64,000 nt of DNA from an uncultured Candidatus Actinomarina sp. Its GTDB lineage: Bacteria > Actinomycetota > Acidimicrobiia > Actinomarinales > Actinomarinaceae. The notes beneath the pieces are model-generated. The model was given only the letters and a program-made list of their open reading frames with translations. It was not told the origin of the DNA and ran no database searches. Both the position numbers and the translations under genes were made by a program. The DNA is taken from NCBI GenBank assembly GCA_902510055.1, contig CABWZY010000001.1:212-64211 (forward strand), written 5' to 3'. Positions 1 to 10,080 of this stretch are shown here, in pieces; positions within the stretch are counted from its first letter, which is position 1; the number at the start of each line of letters is the position of its first letter.

Positions 1-1
1 A

Positions 2-118
2 AATTTAAGTTCATTAAGCAATCCTGCAAATTTAATACAGGCTCAAAGGGACTTTTTCGGAAGGCATAAAGTACAGTTAAGTGACTCTGAAGAGGATGTA
101 AATATAGATTGGGATTAA
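2..118 (+). CDS. gnd: 3' end of 6-phosphogluconate dehydrogenase (partial, starts outside the window)
   Basis: This frame translates to ...NPANLIQAQRDFFGRHKVQLSDSEEDVNIDWD and ends at TAA 116-118. NLIQAQRD(Y/F)FG.H is the conserved C-terminal motif of decarboxylating 6PGDH. It is absent from the ORF track because there is no start in the window. Confidence 0.6.
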   Translation, partial: NLSSLSNPANLIQAQRDFFGRHKVQLSDSEEDVNIDWD

Positions 119-127
119 GTTAATCTA

Positions 128-2689
128 ATGAGTAAAAATATACTACCAAAGACTTCGTTCCCTAAAAGATACGAAATAAAACTAGATGTTGACTTAGAAA
201 ATTTTTCATATATTGGAAATCAGACTGTAGATATGGAAATCTTGGAAAATACGAAGTCAATTTTCCTAAACAGTCTAGGAATTAAAATAAGTCATGCTTC
301 GTTAATAGATAAAAACGATCAAGCAATTAACCTCTCTATTGAATATTTTGAAGATGTTGAAAGAATATCTCTTTCTTCCAAAAATGAAATTCTCAAAGGC
401 AACTATAGACTTTGTTTAGAGTTTAAATCAGAAATTACAAATGATCTAAAAGGATTCTATAGAAGTAAATTCTTAAATAAAGATGATGAAGAAAAGTGGA
501 TTGCGACTACTCAATTTGAACCAACTGCTGCAAGAAATGCTTTCCCATGCTGGGATGAACCAGAATACAAAGCAGTATTTTCAATAACTATTATTGCTGA
601 TAAAAAATATCTCAGAGTAAGTAACGAAAAGGTCCTCTCAGAAAAAGAGCTTGAGAACAATAAGATAGAAACGATATTTGTTGATTCAATGAAAATGTCA
701 ACCTATCTAGTTGCTTTTGTTATAGGGGAATTAGAAGCTACTGAAATTGGTAAGGCAGGAGATACTAAAGTTCGAATAATCCATCGCCCAGGCTTCTCTG
801 ATCAAACAAAATATGCTGGAACAGCGGGTATTAAGCTACTTAATTTCTTTGAAGATTATTATAAAATTCCATATCCAGGATCCAAACTTGATTTAATTGC
901 AATTCCAGACTTTGCTATGGGTGCAATGGAAAATGTAGGTGCAGTTACATTTAGAGAAAACTTACTTCTAATAGATGAAGGGAAGGCAACTAGGCCAGAA
1001 TTAGATAGGTCTGTAAGTGTAATAGCTCATGAACTTGCACATATGTGGTTTGGTGATTTAGTAACTATGAAATGGTGGGATGGAATATGGTTAAATGAAG
1101 CTTTTGCAAGCTTGATGGAAGTTATCGCATCATATAATAAGTATCCAGAATTTAAACAATGGAATGCAATGAACTTATCAAGAAGTGCGGGCTTTTCTGT
1201 TGATTCATTAGAAAATTCTAGACCAATAGAATTTGAGGTTGAAACACCAGAAGAAGCTGAAGAGATGTTTGACGTTCTAACCTATGAAAAAGGTTCTACT
1301 GTTTTGAGAATGTTTGAAATTTTTATTGGTGAAGATGTGTTTCAAAAGGGTGTACAAGAATATTTAAATAAATTTAAATATGGTAATACTAATTCTTCAG
1401 ATCTTTGGGACAGTTTAAGTAAGGCTAGTGGGCAATCGTTAAATGAAATGCTCCCGTATTGGATAAAAGAAAAAGGCTACCCTTGTGTTGGTGTTTCAAT
1501 TAATGACTCATCCTTACATTTAGAGCAGAATAGATTTTTACTAAAAGATATTAAAACTAAAAATTCAAATAAACCCATACCATTAAGTATTAGATTTCTA
1601 GATACTGACAAAAAAATAAACATAGTTTTTGAAGAATCTAATAAAGATATAGATATTAAAAATAATGGTAATGTACCACTCATAAATAGTGGTGGTTGGG
1701 GCTTCTATCATGTTTTTTACGATGAAGAATCATTTAATAAAGTCTTAAATAATTTTGAAAAATTAGATGACTTAGAAAAATACAGGCTTCTTGAAGATCG
1801 ATGGATGCAATTTAAAAAGATTGGTAACGAAATGGTTGCTAATGAGGTAGAAAATTTTTTAAAGTTCCTTCTTTATTATAAAAATGAAAAGGATGAAGAT
1901 ATATGGACATATATTGGATCAATAATTACAACCCTTTCAAATATTGATAGCGAAAAAAATGGAAAAGTATTTAAAGAATTTATTGATAAGCTAACACTCC
2001 CTTTAAGCAAGGAGCTTGGGGTTGAAGTTAATCCAGATGATGATCCAGAGATAAAAGAACTTAGAGGCCTAATAAATAAAATAAGGGCTAAGAACTTAGA
2101 GGATGAATCATTTATAAAGTATTTTAGTGAAATTTTTAACAGTGAAGATTTTGAATCAATTTTAGAAGGTAGTTTTTTTAATACTGTTGTCTATATTGCA
2201 GCTTTAGATGAATCAAATAATGTTGAAATCTTTTTAGATAAATTCATGAATGCACCGTCGCCACAGATACAGGGAAGATATAGAGCAATATTAGGAATCA
2301 TTAAAGATAGAAATGCACCTAGCGAAATAGTGAAATATATGCTTGAGGAAAAAATCCGCGGCGCTGATTGCCCTTATATATTAGCTTCAATGATAATGAA
2401 CAAATATATAGGTAAAGAGTCATGGTTAGTTATAAAAGAAAACTTTGATGAACTATTAAAAGTAATGCCAGCATGGACAGCTTCAAGAATTCTTGATGCA
2501 CTTTCTTCTATCTATGATGAACAATTGGGAAATGATATAAAAGATTTTATTACAAAAAACCCTCTGCCTTCTTCAGAGAAAATCGCATCGCAAAAATTAG
2601 AAAGATTAGAAGCTAATATAGAGTTTGTATTAAATATTGAAAATAAATTCAATGCAGAAGTCATTGAAAAAGTATTAAAGGAGAGCTAA
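128..2689 (+). CDS. pepN: Aminopeptidase N (M1 family)
   Basis: It has the GAMEN exopeptidase motif, the HELAHMWFGD zinc motif and the downstream WLNEAFA glutamate. The 853 aa length is typical. Confidence 0.9.
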   Translation: MSKNILPKTSFPKRYEIKLDVDLENFSYIGNQTVDMEILENTKSIFLNSLGIKISHASLIDKNDQAINLSIEYFEDVERISLSSKNEILKGNYRLCLEFKSEITNDLKGFYRSKFLNKDDEEKWIATTQFEPTAARNAFPCWDEPEYKAVFSITIIADKKYLRVSNEKVLSEKELENNKIETIFVDSMKMSTYLVAFVIGELEATEIGKAGDTKVRIIHRPGFSDQTKYAGTAGIKLLNFFEDYYKIPYPGSKLDLIAIPDFAMGAMENVGAVTFRENLLLIDEGKATRPELDRSVSVIAHELAHMWFGDLVTMKWWDGIWLNEAFASLMEVIASYNKYPEFKQWNAMNLSRSAGFSVDSLENSRPIEFEVETPEEAEEMFDVLTYEKGSTVLRMFEIFIGEDVFQKGVQEYLNKFKYGNTNSSDLWDSLSKASGQSLNEMLPYWIKEKGYPCVGVSINDSSLHLEQNRFLLKDIKTKNSNKPIPLSIRFLDTDKKINIVFEESNKDIDIKNNGNVPLINSGGWGFYHVFYDEESFNKVLNNFEKLDDLEKYRLLEDRWMQFKKIGNEMVANEVENFLKFLLYYKNEKDEDIWTYIGSIITTLSNIDSEKNGKVFKEFIDKLTLPLSKELGVEVNPDDDPEIKELRGLINKIRAKNLEDESFIKYFSEIFNSEDFESILEGSFFNTVVYIAALDESNNVEIFLDKFMNAPSPQIQGRYRAILGIIKDRNAPSEIVKYMLEEKIRGADCPYILASMIMNKYIGKESWLVIKENFDELLKVMPAWTASRILDALSSIYDEQLGNDIKDFITKNPLPSSEKIASQKLERLEANIEFVLNIENKFNAEVIEKVLKES

Positions 2690-2691
2690 GA

Positions 2692-3510
2692 ATGAAGCCA
2701 AGAATTGCTGTTTTTTTACAACCCCAACATGCAGAATATGATCAAATAAGAAACGCTGCATTAGAGGCAGAGGAAATAGGTGCAGATGTTATTTATAACT
2801 GGGATCATTTCTACCCTTTATATAAAGAAGATGGAACTCAGTGGGCTGAAGGAGAAAGAAGAGAAGGAAAACATTTTGAGTGTTGGACAATGTTAGCTAG
2901 TTGGGCTGAAGCAACTAGTACAGTAGACATAGGTCCTCTTGTTACATGTAACTCATACCGAAATCCTGAGTTATTAGCAGACATGGCAAGAACTGTTGAT
3001 CATATATCAAACGGAAGAGCAATACTAGGAATAGGTTCTGGCTGGTTTGAACAAGATTATGATGAGTATGGTTATGAATTTGGTTCTGCAATTTGGAGAC
3101 TCCAAGAACTTGAGAAATCATTAGAAAGAATTGTTGAGAGAATGAAGAAGCTAGACCCTCAACCAACAAGAAAAATCCCAATACTAATTGGTGGTGGTGG
3201 TGAAAAAGTGACACTAAGGATAACTGCTCAATATGCTGATATTTGGCATGGTTTTGCAATGAGGACTGAAGAAAGATCCGGAGTTGAAACTGTAGCCCAT
3301 AAAAATAATGTACTAAATAATTGGTGTAAAGAAATTGGAAGAGATCCTAAAGAAATTGAAAGATCAATCGGAATTGACATCAATAGAATTGATAAGGCTG
3401 ATGACTTACTTGAGGCTGGAGCAACTGAATTAACGTTAGCTGTTAATGGTCCTAGTTATGATTTGTCACCTGTAAAAGAATGGATTTCCTGGAGAGATTC
3501 TAAAGGTTAA
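2692..3510 (+). CDS. Luciferase-like (LLM class) F420-dependent oxidoreductase
   Basis: The 272 aa TIM-barrel-like sequence resembles actinobacterial LLM/F420 oxidoreductases (N-terminal PRIAVF..., GRAILGIGSGW). This is a family-level call only. Confidence 0.6.
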   Translation: MKPRIAVFLQPQHAEYDQIRNAALEAEEIGADVIYNWDHFYPLYKEDGTQWAEGERREGKHFECWTMLASWAEATSTVDIGPLVTCNSYRNPELLADMARTVDHISNGRAILGIGSGWFEQDYDEYGYEFGSAIWRLQELEKSLERIVERMKKLDPQPTRKIPILIGGGGEKVTLRITAQYADIWHGFAMRTEERSGVETVAHKNNVLNNWCKEIGRDPKEIERSIGIDINRIDKADDLLEAGATELTLAVNGPSYDLSPVKEWISWRDSKG

Positions 3511-3516
3511 AAATCA

Positions 3517-4440
3517 ATGAGCCTTTACCTTACAATTTTTGGTTTAATTTTAGGATTTATTCTTCTCGTTAAAGGTGCGGAAGAGATGGTTCGCACTGCT
3601 ATTCAAATTGCAATGAAATTTAACATGCCTAATTCAGTAATTGGTGCAACCTTTATAGGTTTTGGAACATCAGCCCCTGAACTATTTGCAAGCTCTGGTG
3701 CAGCATTAAATGGAAACCTATCATTAGGTATAGGAAATATTATTGGTTCCAATATCGCTAACTCATTAGTTGCAATTTCTGTTTTATACTTAGCTTTAAA
3801 TAAAGATTTTAATAAAAAATTAAAGCTTAATAACACTTCTTCAACATGGATGATTATCGTAACAATTATATTTGTAAGTGCATATTTGGTTCTTAAAGAG
3901 TTCCCACTTTACCTTGGAATTGGTTTATTAGGATTAGTAGTTTTTGTTACCTATAAACTTGTTACAGAAGAAGCTGTTGATCAAGAGGATTTATTAATAG
4001 AAAAAAAAGATTATGTTTGGTTGAGAGCTATTGCTTCACTCACAGCAACAATTTTTGGTAGTACATTAGTAGTCAATAATGCCATTACTTTGGCTGAATA
4101 CTTTAATTTATCCTCAATAATTATTGGCGTTACTGTCGTTGCTTTAGGAACAAGTCTCCCAGAAATTGCTGGAACAATAGCAGCTGCGAAAATGAAAAAC
4201 CCAGATATAGTTTTTGGAAATATATTTGGTTCAAACTTATTTAATATTGCATTGGTTGGAGGTGTTTCGGTTTCTATTGCTCCTGGCGTTATTGAAACCG
4301 ATGTAACAAATGAAATGACGATGATGTTTATTGTGTCATTGCTAGTAGTTTTACTATCTAGGTCTGTAGTTAAAAAAAGCTATTTAATTGGATTTATTAC
4401 ATTAATTTCTTATTCAATTTTTATATATACTTTATTTTAA
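3517..4440 (+). CDS. Ca2+/Na+ antiporter (CaCA family, YrbG-like)
   Basis: It has two alpha-repeat signatures (GTSAPELFAS and GTSLPEIAGT) in a polytopic membrane protein. Confidence 0.8.
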   Translation: MSLYLTIFGLILGFILLVKGAEEMVRTAIQIAMKFNMPNSVIGATFIGFGTSAPELFASSGAALNGNLSLGIGNIIGSNIANSLVAISVLYLALNKDFNKKLKLNNTSSTWMIIVTIIFVSAYLVLKEFPLYLGIGLLGLVVFVTYKLVTEEAVDQEDLLIEKKDYVWLRAIASLTATIFGSTLVVNNAITLAEYFNLSSIIIGVTVVALGTSLPEIAGTIAAAKMKNPDIVFGNIFGSNLFNIALVGGVSVSIAPGVIETDVTNEMTMMFIVSLLVVLLSRSVVKKSYLIGFITLISYSIFIYTLF

Positions 4441-5256
4441 GTTTTTATTTCTTAGAAATATGAACAAACCAAGTAATGCAAGTAACAAACCGCCAATTTG
4501 ATTCCAAGTAAAGTTTCCAATCGTTGCGTCACCCATTCCAAATCTTAAAGTATCTAATATTGCTCTCTGAATCCCGTACCAAATAGCCCACAAACCAATC
4601 CATGAACCTTTGCCAAAGGTAAAATTACTTCTTAGTGATTTAAAGATAAAGAAAACAATAAGAGCAAAGAAAAGATCATACATTGCAACATGATGAAAAG
4701 TGCCACATGTAGTCAACGGCTCAGCACACTCTAAACTGTTATGCTGAGGTGCTACATCGTAGCCTGGTTTTATCTCATAACCTAACATAAAGCTGGTTGC
4801 CCTACCAAGGTGTTCTACTATTGCAAGATCTCCGATTCTTCCAATTACAGTACCAAGAATCAATCCTGTTGAAGCGTAATCTGAGTACTGTTTGAAATCC
4901 CCTTTTCCAATTAATTCTATTTTTAAATAAGCAGCAATAATACCTCCCGACATTCCTCCCATGATTGAATAGCTACCTACAGGAGAAAAGACATCATCTA
5001 AACCGTATCCTGGATCACCCAAATGGGCAGGAATAGTAAAAAATCTTGCTCCAATTATTGCTCCAAAAATTGCCCAAGTTAACCCTTGTTCAAAAAGTAC
5101 TGTATCTTTCTTATCTTTTTCGGCTAATTTAATTGCGTGATTAGCTCCAAAGTAAAATCCGAGAGCAGCAAAGACGCCGTGAAGTGAGAATGACACAGGT
5201 CCAATTTGTGTAATAGGTATTGGAGGATAAGTTATTGATAAAAATGATTCAAACAT
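4432..5256 (-). CDS. lgt: Prolipoprotein diacylglyceryl transferase
   Basis: The N-terminus (IGPVSFSLHGVFAALGFYFG) is Lgt-like and the protein is polytopic. It overlaps the CaCA gene end convergently. Confidence 0.75.
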   Translation of the reverse strand: MFESFLSITYPPIPITQIGPVSFSLHGVFAALGFYFGANHAIKLAEKDKKDTVLFEQGLTWAIFGAIIGARFFTIPAHLGDPGYGLDDVFSPVGSYSIMGGMSGGIIAAYLKIELIGKGDFKQYSDYASTGLILGTVIGRIGDLAIVEHLGRATSFMLGYEIKPGYDVAPQHNSLECAEPLTTCGTFHHVAMYDLFFALIVFFIFKSLRSNFTFGKGSWIGLWAIWYGIQRAILDTLRFGMGDATIGNFTWNQIGGLLLALLGLFIFLRNKNLK

Positions 5257-5259
5257 TAA

Positions 5260-6141
5260 CTAGATTCCTCTTAAAGTCCATAAAACATCTGCCACAATAC
5301 CTATGAATATAACAGCTAAGTATGTATTTGAAAATACAAAGTATTTTATTGGTAGAATCTTTCTCTTAAACAAGTTATATGATTTATACATTAAATTAGA
5401 ACCAAAGAAAATAGCAATAAACAAATAAATTACCCCTAGTTGCAAAATTGGTGCAGCAACAATTGAGACTATAACTGTTGCGCAAGAATATATAGCTATA
5501 AATATTGATGTCCTTTCATATGTTTCCTGTGTTGAAAGCATTGGAAAATCTGCTTCCTCATAATCTGACTTGTTTTCAATAGCAAATGCCCAAAAATGAG
5601 CAGGTGTCCAAGTAAAAACTAATAAAAATAAAACCCATGTACCTATCTCTAGTGAATTACCTGTTGCAGCCCAACCAATTAATACCGGTGCTGCACCTGA
5701 AGCTCCCCCAATAACAATATTCTGATTAGTTCTTGGTTTTAAAAAAAGTGTATAAATAAATGTATAAAATAAATTTGCTGATAAAGCTATCCATGCTGCT
5801 AGCTGAGTTGTAAAAATATAAAGAATTATAAAACCTGAGATACCACAAAATGCAGCATAGACAATTCCGTTTGTTTTGTTTAGCTCTCCTGTTACAAGAG
5901 GTCTGTCAGAAGTCCTTTCCATTAGCTTATCTCTATCAACTTCAAATACTTGATTCATAACATTCGCACTTATTGCAAGTAGCGTTCCCCCAGCTAACGT
6001 GTATAAAACCAAATCCAAAGGAGGCATACCATATATTGCAATAATCATCGAAGGAACAGTTGTGACTAAGAGTAGTTCGATCACTCTTAATTTAGAAAGC
6101 TTCATGTAGCTACTCAATTTTGAATTCAACTTTGCAACCAT
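5260..6141 (-). CDS. ctaB: Protoheme IX farnesyltransferase (heme O synthase)
   Basis: It has the UbiA-family motif NQVFEVDRDKLMERTSDRPL in a polytopic protein. It is divergent from ctaC. Confidence 0.85.
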   Translation of the reverse strand: MVAKLNSKLSSYMKLSKLRVIELLLVTTVPSMIIAIYGMPPLDLVLYTLAGGTLLAISANVMNQVFEVDRDKLMERTSDRPLVTGELNKTNGIVYAAFCGISGFIILYIFTTQLAAWIALSANLFYTFIYTLFLKPRTNQNIVIGGASGAAPVLIGWAATGNSLEIGTWVLFLLVFTWTPAHFWAFAIENKSDYEEADFPMLSTQETYERTSIFIAIYSCATVIVSIVAAPILQLGVIYLFIAIFFGSNLMYKSYNLFKRKILPIKYFVFSNTYLAVIFIGIVADVLWTLRGI

Positions 6142-6219
6142 AAAGACATAGTACTTATGATTACACTATATATATGTACGACGCTATCCTTAAAGATTAA
6201 TTGCAGGTTTTGTTAATTT

Positions 6220-7236
6220 ATGAATAAAAAAGGACTTTTTAAATATAAAAATTTTTCAGTACTTAGCTTAATCTTTTTAACAGCATGTATAGAAAATGCA
6301 CCTATGGACTCCTTAAGTCCTGCTGGTCCTTATGCTAGACAAATTGATGAGCTCTTTTGGTTAACTTTTTGGATAGCTGTAGGGGTATTTTTTCTTGTAA
6401 TGGGAGTATTGGTTTTTTCTGTCTTCTACTTTCGTGATATGCCTGGTAAACCAGAGCCAAAACAAATTCATGGAAACAATGTATTAGAACTTATGTGGAC
6501 AATTATCCCTGTTCTTATATTGGCTGCCATTGCAGTTCCAACAGTTAGAACTATTTTTGACTTAGCAAAAGAGCCTGAAGACGCATTAAAAATTGAGGTT
6601 ATTGGTCACCAATGGTGGTTTGAGTATAAGTATCCTGAATATGGAATTACTACAGCAAACGTAATGGTTATTCCTGAAGATACTCCAGTTAGATTAGAGA
6701 TGTGGTCAAATGATGTTTTACATAATTATTGGGTTCCAAAATTAAATGGTAAAAGATACTTGGTTCCTGGACAGAAAACATATTTGAACTTACATGCTGA
6801 TGGGGCTGATGAGTTTTGGGCTCAGTGTGGAGAATATTGTGGTCTCAGCCATTCAAAAATGAGAGGAAGGGTCTTATCTCTGACTCAAGAAGATTTTGAA
6901 AAATGGATTAATAATGAAAAATTAAATGCTGAAAAAGATTTACCTGAGTCTTCTCTAGCTGCAGAAGGCCAGCAGGTTTATTTAAATGCAGGATGTACAC
7001 AATGTCATGTAATCAATGGTGTTTGGGATATTCAAGGAGACAGGATTGCTCCAAACTTAACTCATTTTGCAAATAGAAATGTTTTTGCTGGGGCTGCATT
7101 AAAAAATAATAAAGAAAACCTAACAAAATGGTTAGCAAACCCTCCTGAGATAAAACCAGGTACTTTTATGCCTAATCTAGAATTGACTGAAAAGGAAATA
7201 GAAGCATTGATAGCTTATTTAGGAACTTTGAAATGA
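6220..7236 (+). CDS. ctaC: Cytochrome c oxidase subunit II with a C-terminal cytochrome c domain (caa3 type)
   Basis: The CuA site is H..CGEYCGLSHSKM, and the C-terminal CTQCH is a heme c motif. The N-terminus is lipoprotein-like (LTAC). Confidence 0.9.
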   Translation: MNKKGLFKYKNFSVLSLIFLTACIENAPMDSLSPAGPYARQIDELFWLTFWIAVGVFFLVMGVLVFSVFYFRDMPGKPEPKQIHGNNVLELMWTIIPVLILAAIAVPTVRTIFDLAKEPEDALKIEVIGHQWWFEYKYPEYGITTANVMVIPEDTPVRLEMWSNDVLHNYWVPKLNGKRYLVPGQKTYLNLHADGADEFWAQCGEYCGLSHSKMRGRVLSLTQEDFEKWINNEKLNAEKDLPESSLAAEGQQVYLNAGCTQCHVINGVWDIQGDRIAPNLTHFANRNVFAGAALKNNKENLTKWLANPPEIKPGTFMPNLELTEKEIEALIAYLGTLK

Positions 7237-9194
7237 CAAAAATAATCGAGCCAGCCAAAAGAACAAATATATTTAGAAGACCTTCTTCTGAATATGGATT
7301 CTGGAGTTGGGTAACTACAGTTGATCATAAGAAAATTGGAATCATGTATGGATATGCTGCTTTTTTCTTTTTATTAATTGGAGGTTTAGAAGCTTTAGTT
7401 CTGAGAATACAACTAGCACAACCTGATAATAGTTTTTTAAGTGCTGCTGAATATAATGCAATGTTTACTATGCATGGAACTACAATGGTTTTCCTTGCAA
7501 TAATGCCAATTAGTGCTGCATTCTTTAATTACTTACTTCCTCTTCAAATAGGAGCAAGAGATGTTGCATTCCCAAGACTGAATGCTCTTAGTTTTTGGTT
7601 GTGGGTTGCTGGAGGTCTATTTTTGTACTCAACATTTATATTTGGTACCGCAGGAGCTCCTGAGGGTGGCTATTTAGCTGAAGAAGTTGGGTGGCTTGGA
7701 AATGCACCTAACGGTGGTTGGTTTGGATATCAGCCTAATGCTGGGTTTAAATATTCTCCAGGTACAGCAATGGATTACTGGGCTTTAGGTTTGCAGATAC
7801 TAGGTATTTCTTCTCTTGTATCAGCATTTAATTTCATAGTCACAATTATAAATATGAGAACTAAGGGTATGAGATTTATGAGAATGCCTGTATTTACGTG
7901 GATGACTTTTGCTGTGGCTTTTCTTCTTGCTTTTTCTTTACCTATAATTGCAATTGCTCTTTTTTATGTTACTTTTGATAGACAATTTGGAACCACCTTC
8001 TTCTTAACCGAGGGTGGAGGAGACCCCGTATTGTGGCAACATTTATTTTGGTTGTTTGGTCATCCCGAAGTCTACATTCTTATTCTTCCAGCTTTTGGAG
8101 TTGTATCGGAAATCTTACCTACTTTCTCTAGAAAGCCATTGTTTGGTTATGCAGCAATAGTTTTTGCAGGATTTGGTATTGCTTTTATAGGTTTTGGTGT
8201 TTGGGCTCATCATATGTTTGCTTCTGCAATTAGTCCTGTAGCACAAGCTGGTTTTGGTTTATCGACAATGGTTATCGCTGTTCCCACGGGGGTAAAGATA
8301 TTTAATTGGTTAGGAACAATATGGGGAGGTAAATTAAACCTTAAAACCCCTATGTTGTTTGCTCTTGGTTTTATTGGAATGTTTGTTATTGGTGGTTTAA
8401 GTGGTGTAACACACTCAATAGTCCCAGCTGATACTCAGCAAACAGATACTTATTATATTGTTGCACACTTTCACTATGTTCTTTTTGGTGGAGCCATGTT
8501 TGGTATTTTTGGAGGTTTATATTATTGGTTTCCAAAAGTATGGGGAAGAATGTATAACGAAACGCTTGGACAAATACACTTTTGGACAATGATGATTGGT
8601 TTCAACTTAACATTTGGTCCTATGCATTGGTTGGGCCTTCAAGGACAAGTAAGAAGAACCTGGGTTTATGCTGAGGAGACAAATCTTGGTTTTTGGAATC
8701 TTATAGTTTCAATTGGTGCATTTATTATTGCATTATCAATACTCATATTTATGGCTAATTGGATTTACTCGAGAAGAAAAGGTGAAAAAGCTCCATTTGA
8801 TCCTTGGGATGCAAGAACAATAGAGTGGACTATTCCTTCTCCAACACCTGTTTGGAATTTCTCAAAAGCTCCTGAGGTTAAAGCTTTGGATGACTTCTGG
8901 CATGCAAAATATGATGAAGATGAAGAAGGAAGAGCTGTAAGAAGAGACACTGCTGATGCTTTACTTTTACAACTTGAGGAAGAAGGTTTGAACCCAGAAG
9001 AAGAAATTGAATTACCTAATCCTTCCTACTTCCCTATTATCCTTGCCTCAGGACTTCCATTTTTTGGATATGCTGTAATTTATAAATCAATCCCACTAGC
9101 ACTTATTGGTGCTGTTCTTTTATTAGTAGGATCTTTTGGTTGGGCTATAGAGCCTCTTGAAGAAGAATTTACTACGAAAGAGGAGGAAGAATGA
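7233..9194 (+). CDS. ctaD: Cytochrome c oxidase subunit I with a roughly 100 aa C-terminal extension
   Basis: It has HPEVYILILPAFG and other heme-copper oxidase motifs. The extra acidic linker plus two TM helices (LPNPSYFPIILASGLPFFG...) resemble the C-terminal half of actinobacterial subunit IV. The start overlaps ctaC in an ATGA junction. Confidence 0.95.
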   Translation: MTKIIEPAKRTNIFRRPSSEYGFWSWVTTVDHKKIGIMYGYAAFFFLLIGGLEALVLRIQLAQPDNSFLSAAEYNAMFTMHGTTMVFLAIMPISAAFFNYLLPLQIGARDVAFPRLNALSFWLWVAGGLFLYSTFIFGTAGAPEGGYLAEEVGWLGNAPNGGWFGYQPNAGFKYSPGTAMDYWALGLQILGISSLVSAFNFIVTIINMRTKGMRFMRMPVFTWMTFAVAFLLAFSLPIIAIALFYVTFDRQFGTTFFLTEGGGDPVLWQHLFWLFGHPEVYILILPAFGVVSEILPTFSRKPLFGYAAIVFAGFGIAFIGFGVWAHHMFASAISPVAQAGFGLSTMVIAVPTGVKIFNWLGTIWGGKLNLKTPMLFALGFIGMFVIGGLSGVTHSIVPADTQQTDTYYIVAHFHYVLFGGAMFGIFGGLYYWFPKVWGRMYNETLGQIHFWTMMIGFNLTFGPMHWLGLQGQVRRTWVYAEETNLGFWNLIVSIGAFIIALSILIFMANWIYSRRKGEKAPFDPWDARTIEWTIPSPTPVWNFSKAPEVKALDDFWHAKYDEDEEGRAVRRDTADALLLQLEEEGLNPEEEIELPNPSYFPIILASGLPFFGYAVIYKSIPLALIGAVLLLVGSFGWAIEPLEEEFTTKEEEE

Positions 9195-9775
9195 GTGGTG
9201 GCCATGATTATCCGCATGAACCAACTGGTGTTGAAACTAGAAAACTTGGTATGTGGGTTTTTCTTTCAACCGAGATATTATTTTTTGGCACTTTAATAAC
9301 TACATTTTTACTCTTTAAGGGTCGTGACTTTCCTGGAATTAAATTAACTGATGTTTACGATATTCCTTTTACTTCAATTAGCTCTTTTATCTTATTGATG
9401 AGTTCACTAACTATGGTCTTAGCTCACAATGCTTTAGAGAATGAAGATCAAGAAAAAACTAGAGTTTGGTTATTAGCTACTGCAATGTTGGGGGCAATAT
9501 TTCTTGCAGGCCAGATTTATGAATTTACTGAGTTTTATCATAAAGGATTTGAGCTCTCTACTAATATTTTTAGTTCAACTTTTTACGTTCTAACTGGATT
9601 TCATGGTCTTCACGTTTTTATTGGAGTTGTATTTCTAATTGGACTCTGGGCAATTGGTCAAAGACAACAAGGTCTTTCTTTAGATGGTGGGATGAACCTA
9701 GAGTTTATTGCATTATATTGGCACTTTGTTGATATTGTTTGGATAGTTCTCTTTACTGTGGTGTATTTAATCTAA
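9191..9775 (+). CDS. ctaE: Cytochrome c oxidase subunit III
   Basis: It is a 194 aa, 5-TM COX3-like protein (FYVLTGFHGLHVFIGV, YWHFVD). Confidence 0.85.
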   Translation: MSGGHDYPHEPTGVETRKLGMWVFLSTEILFFGTLITTFLLFKGRDFPGIKLTDVYDIPFTSISSFILLMSSLTMVLAHNALENEDQEKTRVWLLATAMLGAIFLAGQIYEFTEFYHKGFELSTNIFSSTFYVLTGFHGLHVFIGVVFLIGLWAIGQRQQGLSLDGGMNLEFIALYWHFVDIVWIVLFTVVYLI

Positions 9776-10080
9776 TGTCTGCTGACCATAAAGAACACCC
9801 AACACCAAAAAAATATGTTCAGATTGCTATTGTCCTTGGGGTCCTAACAGCACTTGAAGTGACACTCTATTATATCGAGGACCTCGTTGGGTCTTTTACT
9901 GACCCTTTGCTGATATTTTTAGCAGTTGGCAAATATATCATTGTTGTAGGTTGGTTTATGCATTTACGCTTTGAAAATAAAATGGTCAATAGATTTTTTG
10001 CTGGAGGAATGATATTAGCACTAGTACTTTTCACAATTGTCATGCTTGAAAGAGGAATGGCAAATTTCTTTTTTAATTAA
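9775..10080 (+). CDS. ctaF: Cytochrome c oxidase subunit IV (prokaryotic COX4 type)
   Basis: I place the start at ATG 9775, which overlaps the ctaE stop in a TAATG junction, giving MSADHKEHPTPKKYVQIAIVLGVLTALEV... The ORF-track start at 9739 lies inside ctaE. Confidence 0.6.
   Translation: MSADHKEHPTPKKYVQIAIVLGVLTALEVTLYYIEDLVGSFTDPLLIFLAVGKYIIVVGWFMHLRFENKMVNRFFAGGMILALVLFTIVMLERGMANFFFN

Noticed and set aside
9739-9774. Upstream start for ctaF, and similarly the upstream starts at 39687 for hspR and 42072 for DUF885.
   Set aside because: The upstream segments lie inside the preceding genes. Downstream ATGs form standard stop/start overlaps or have a strong SD (GGGAGGGG before 42051).
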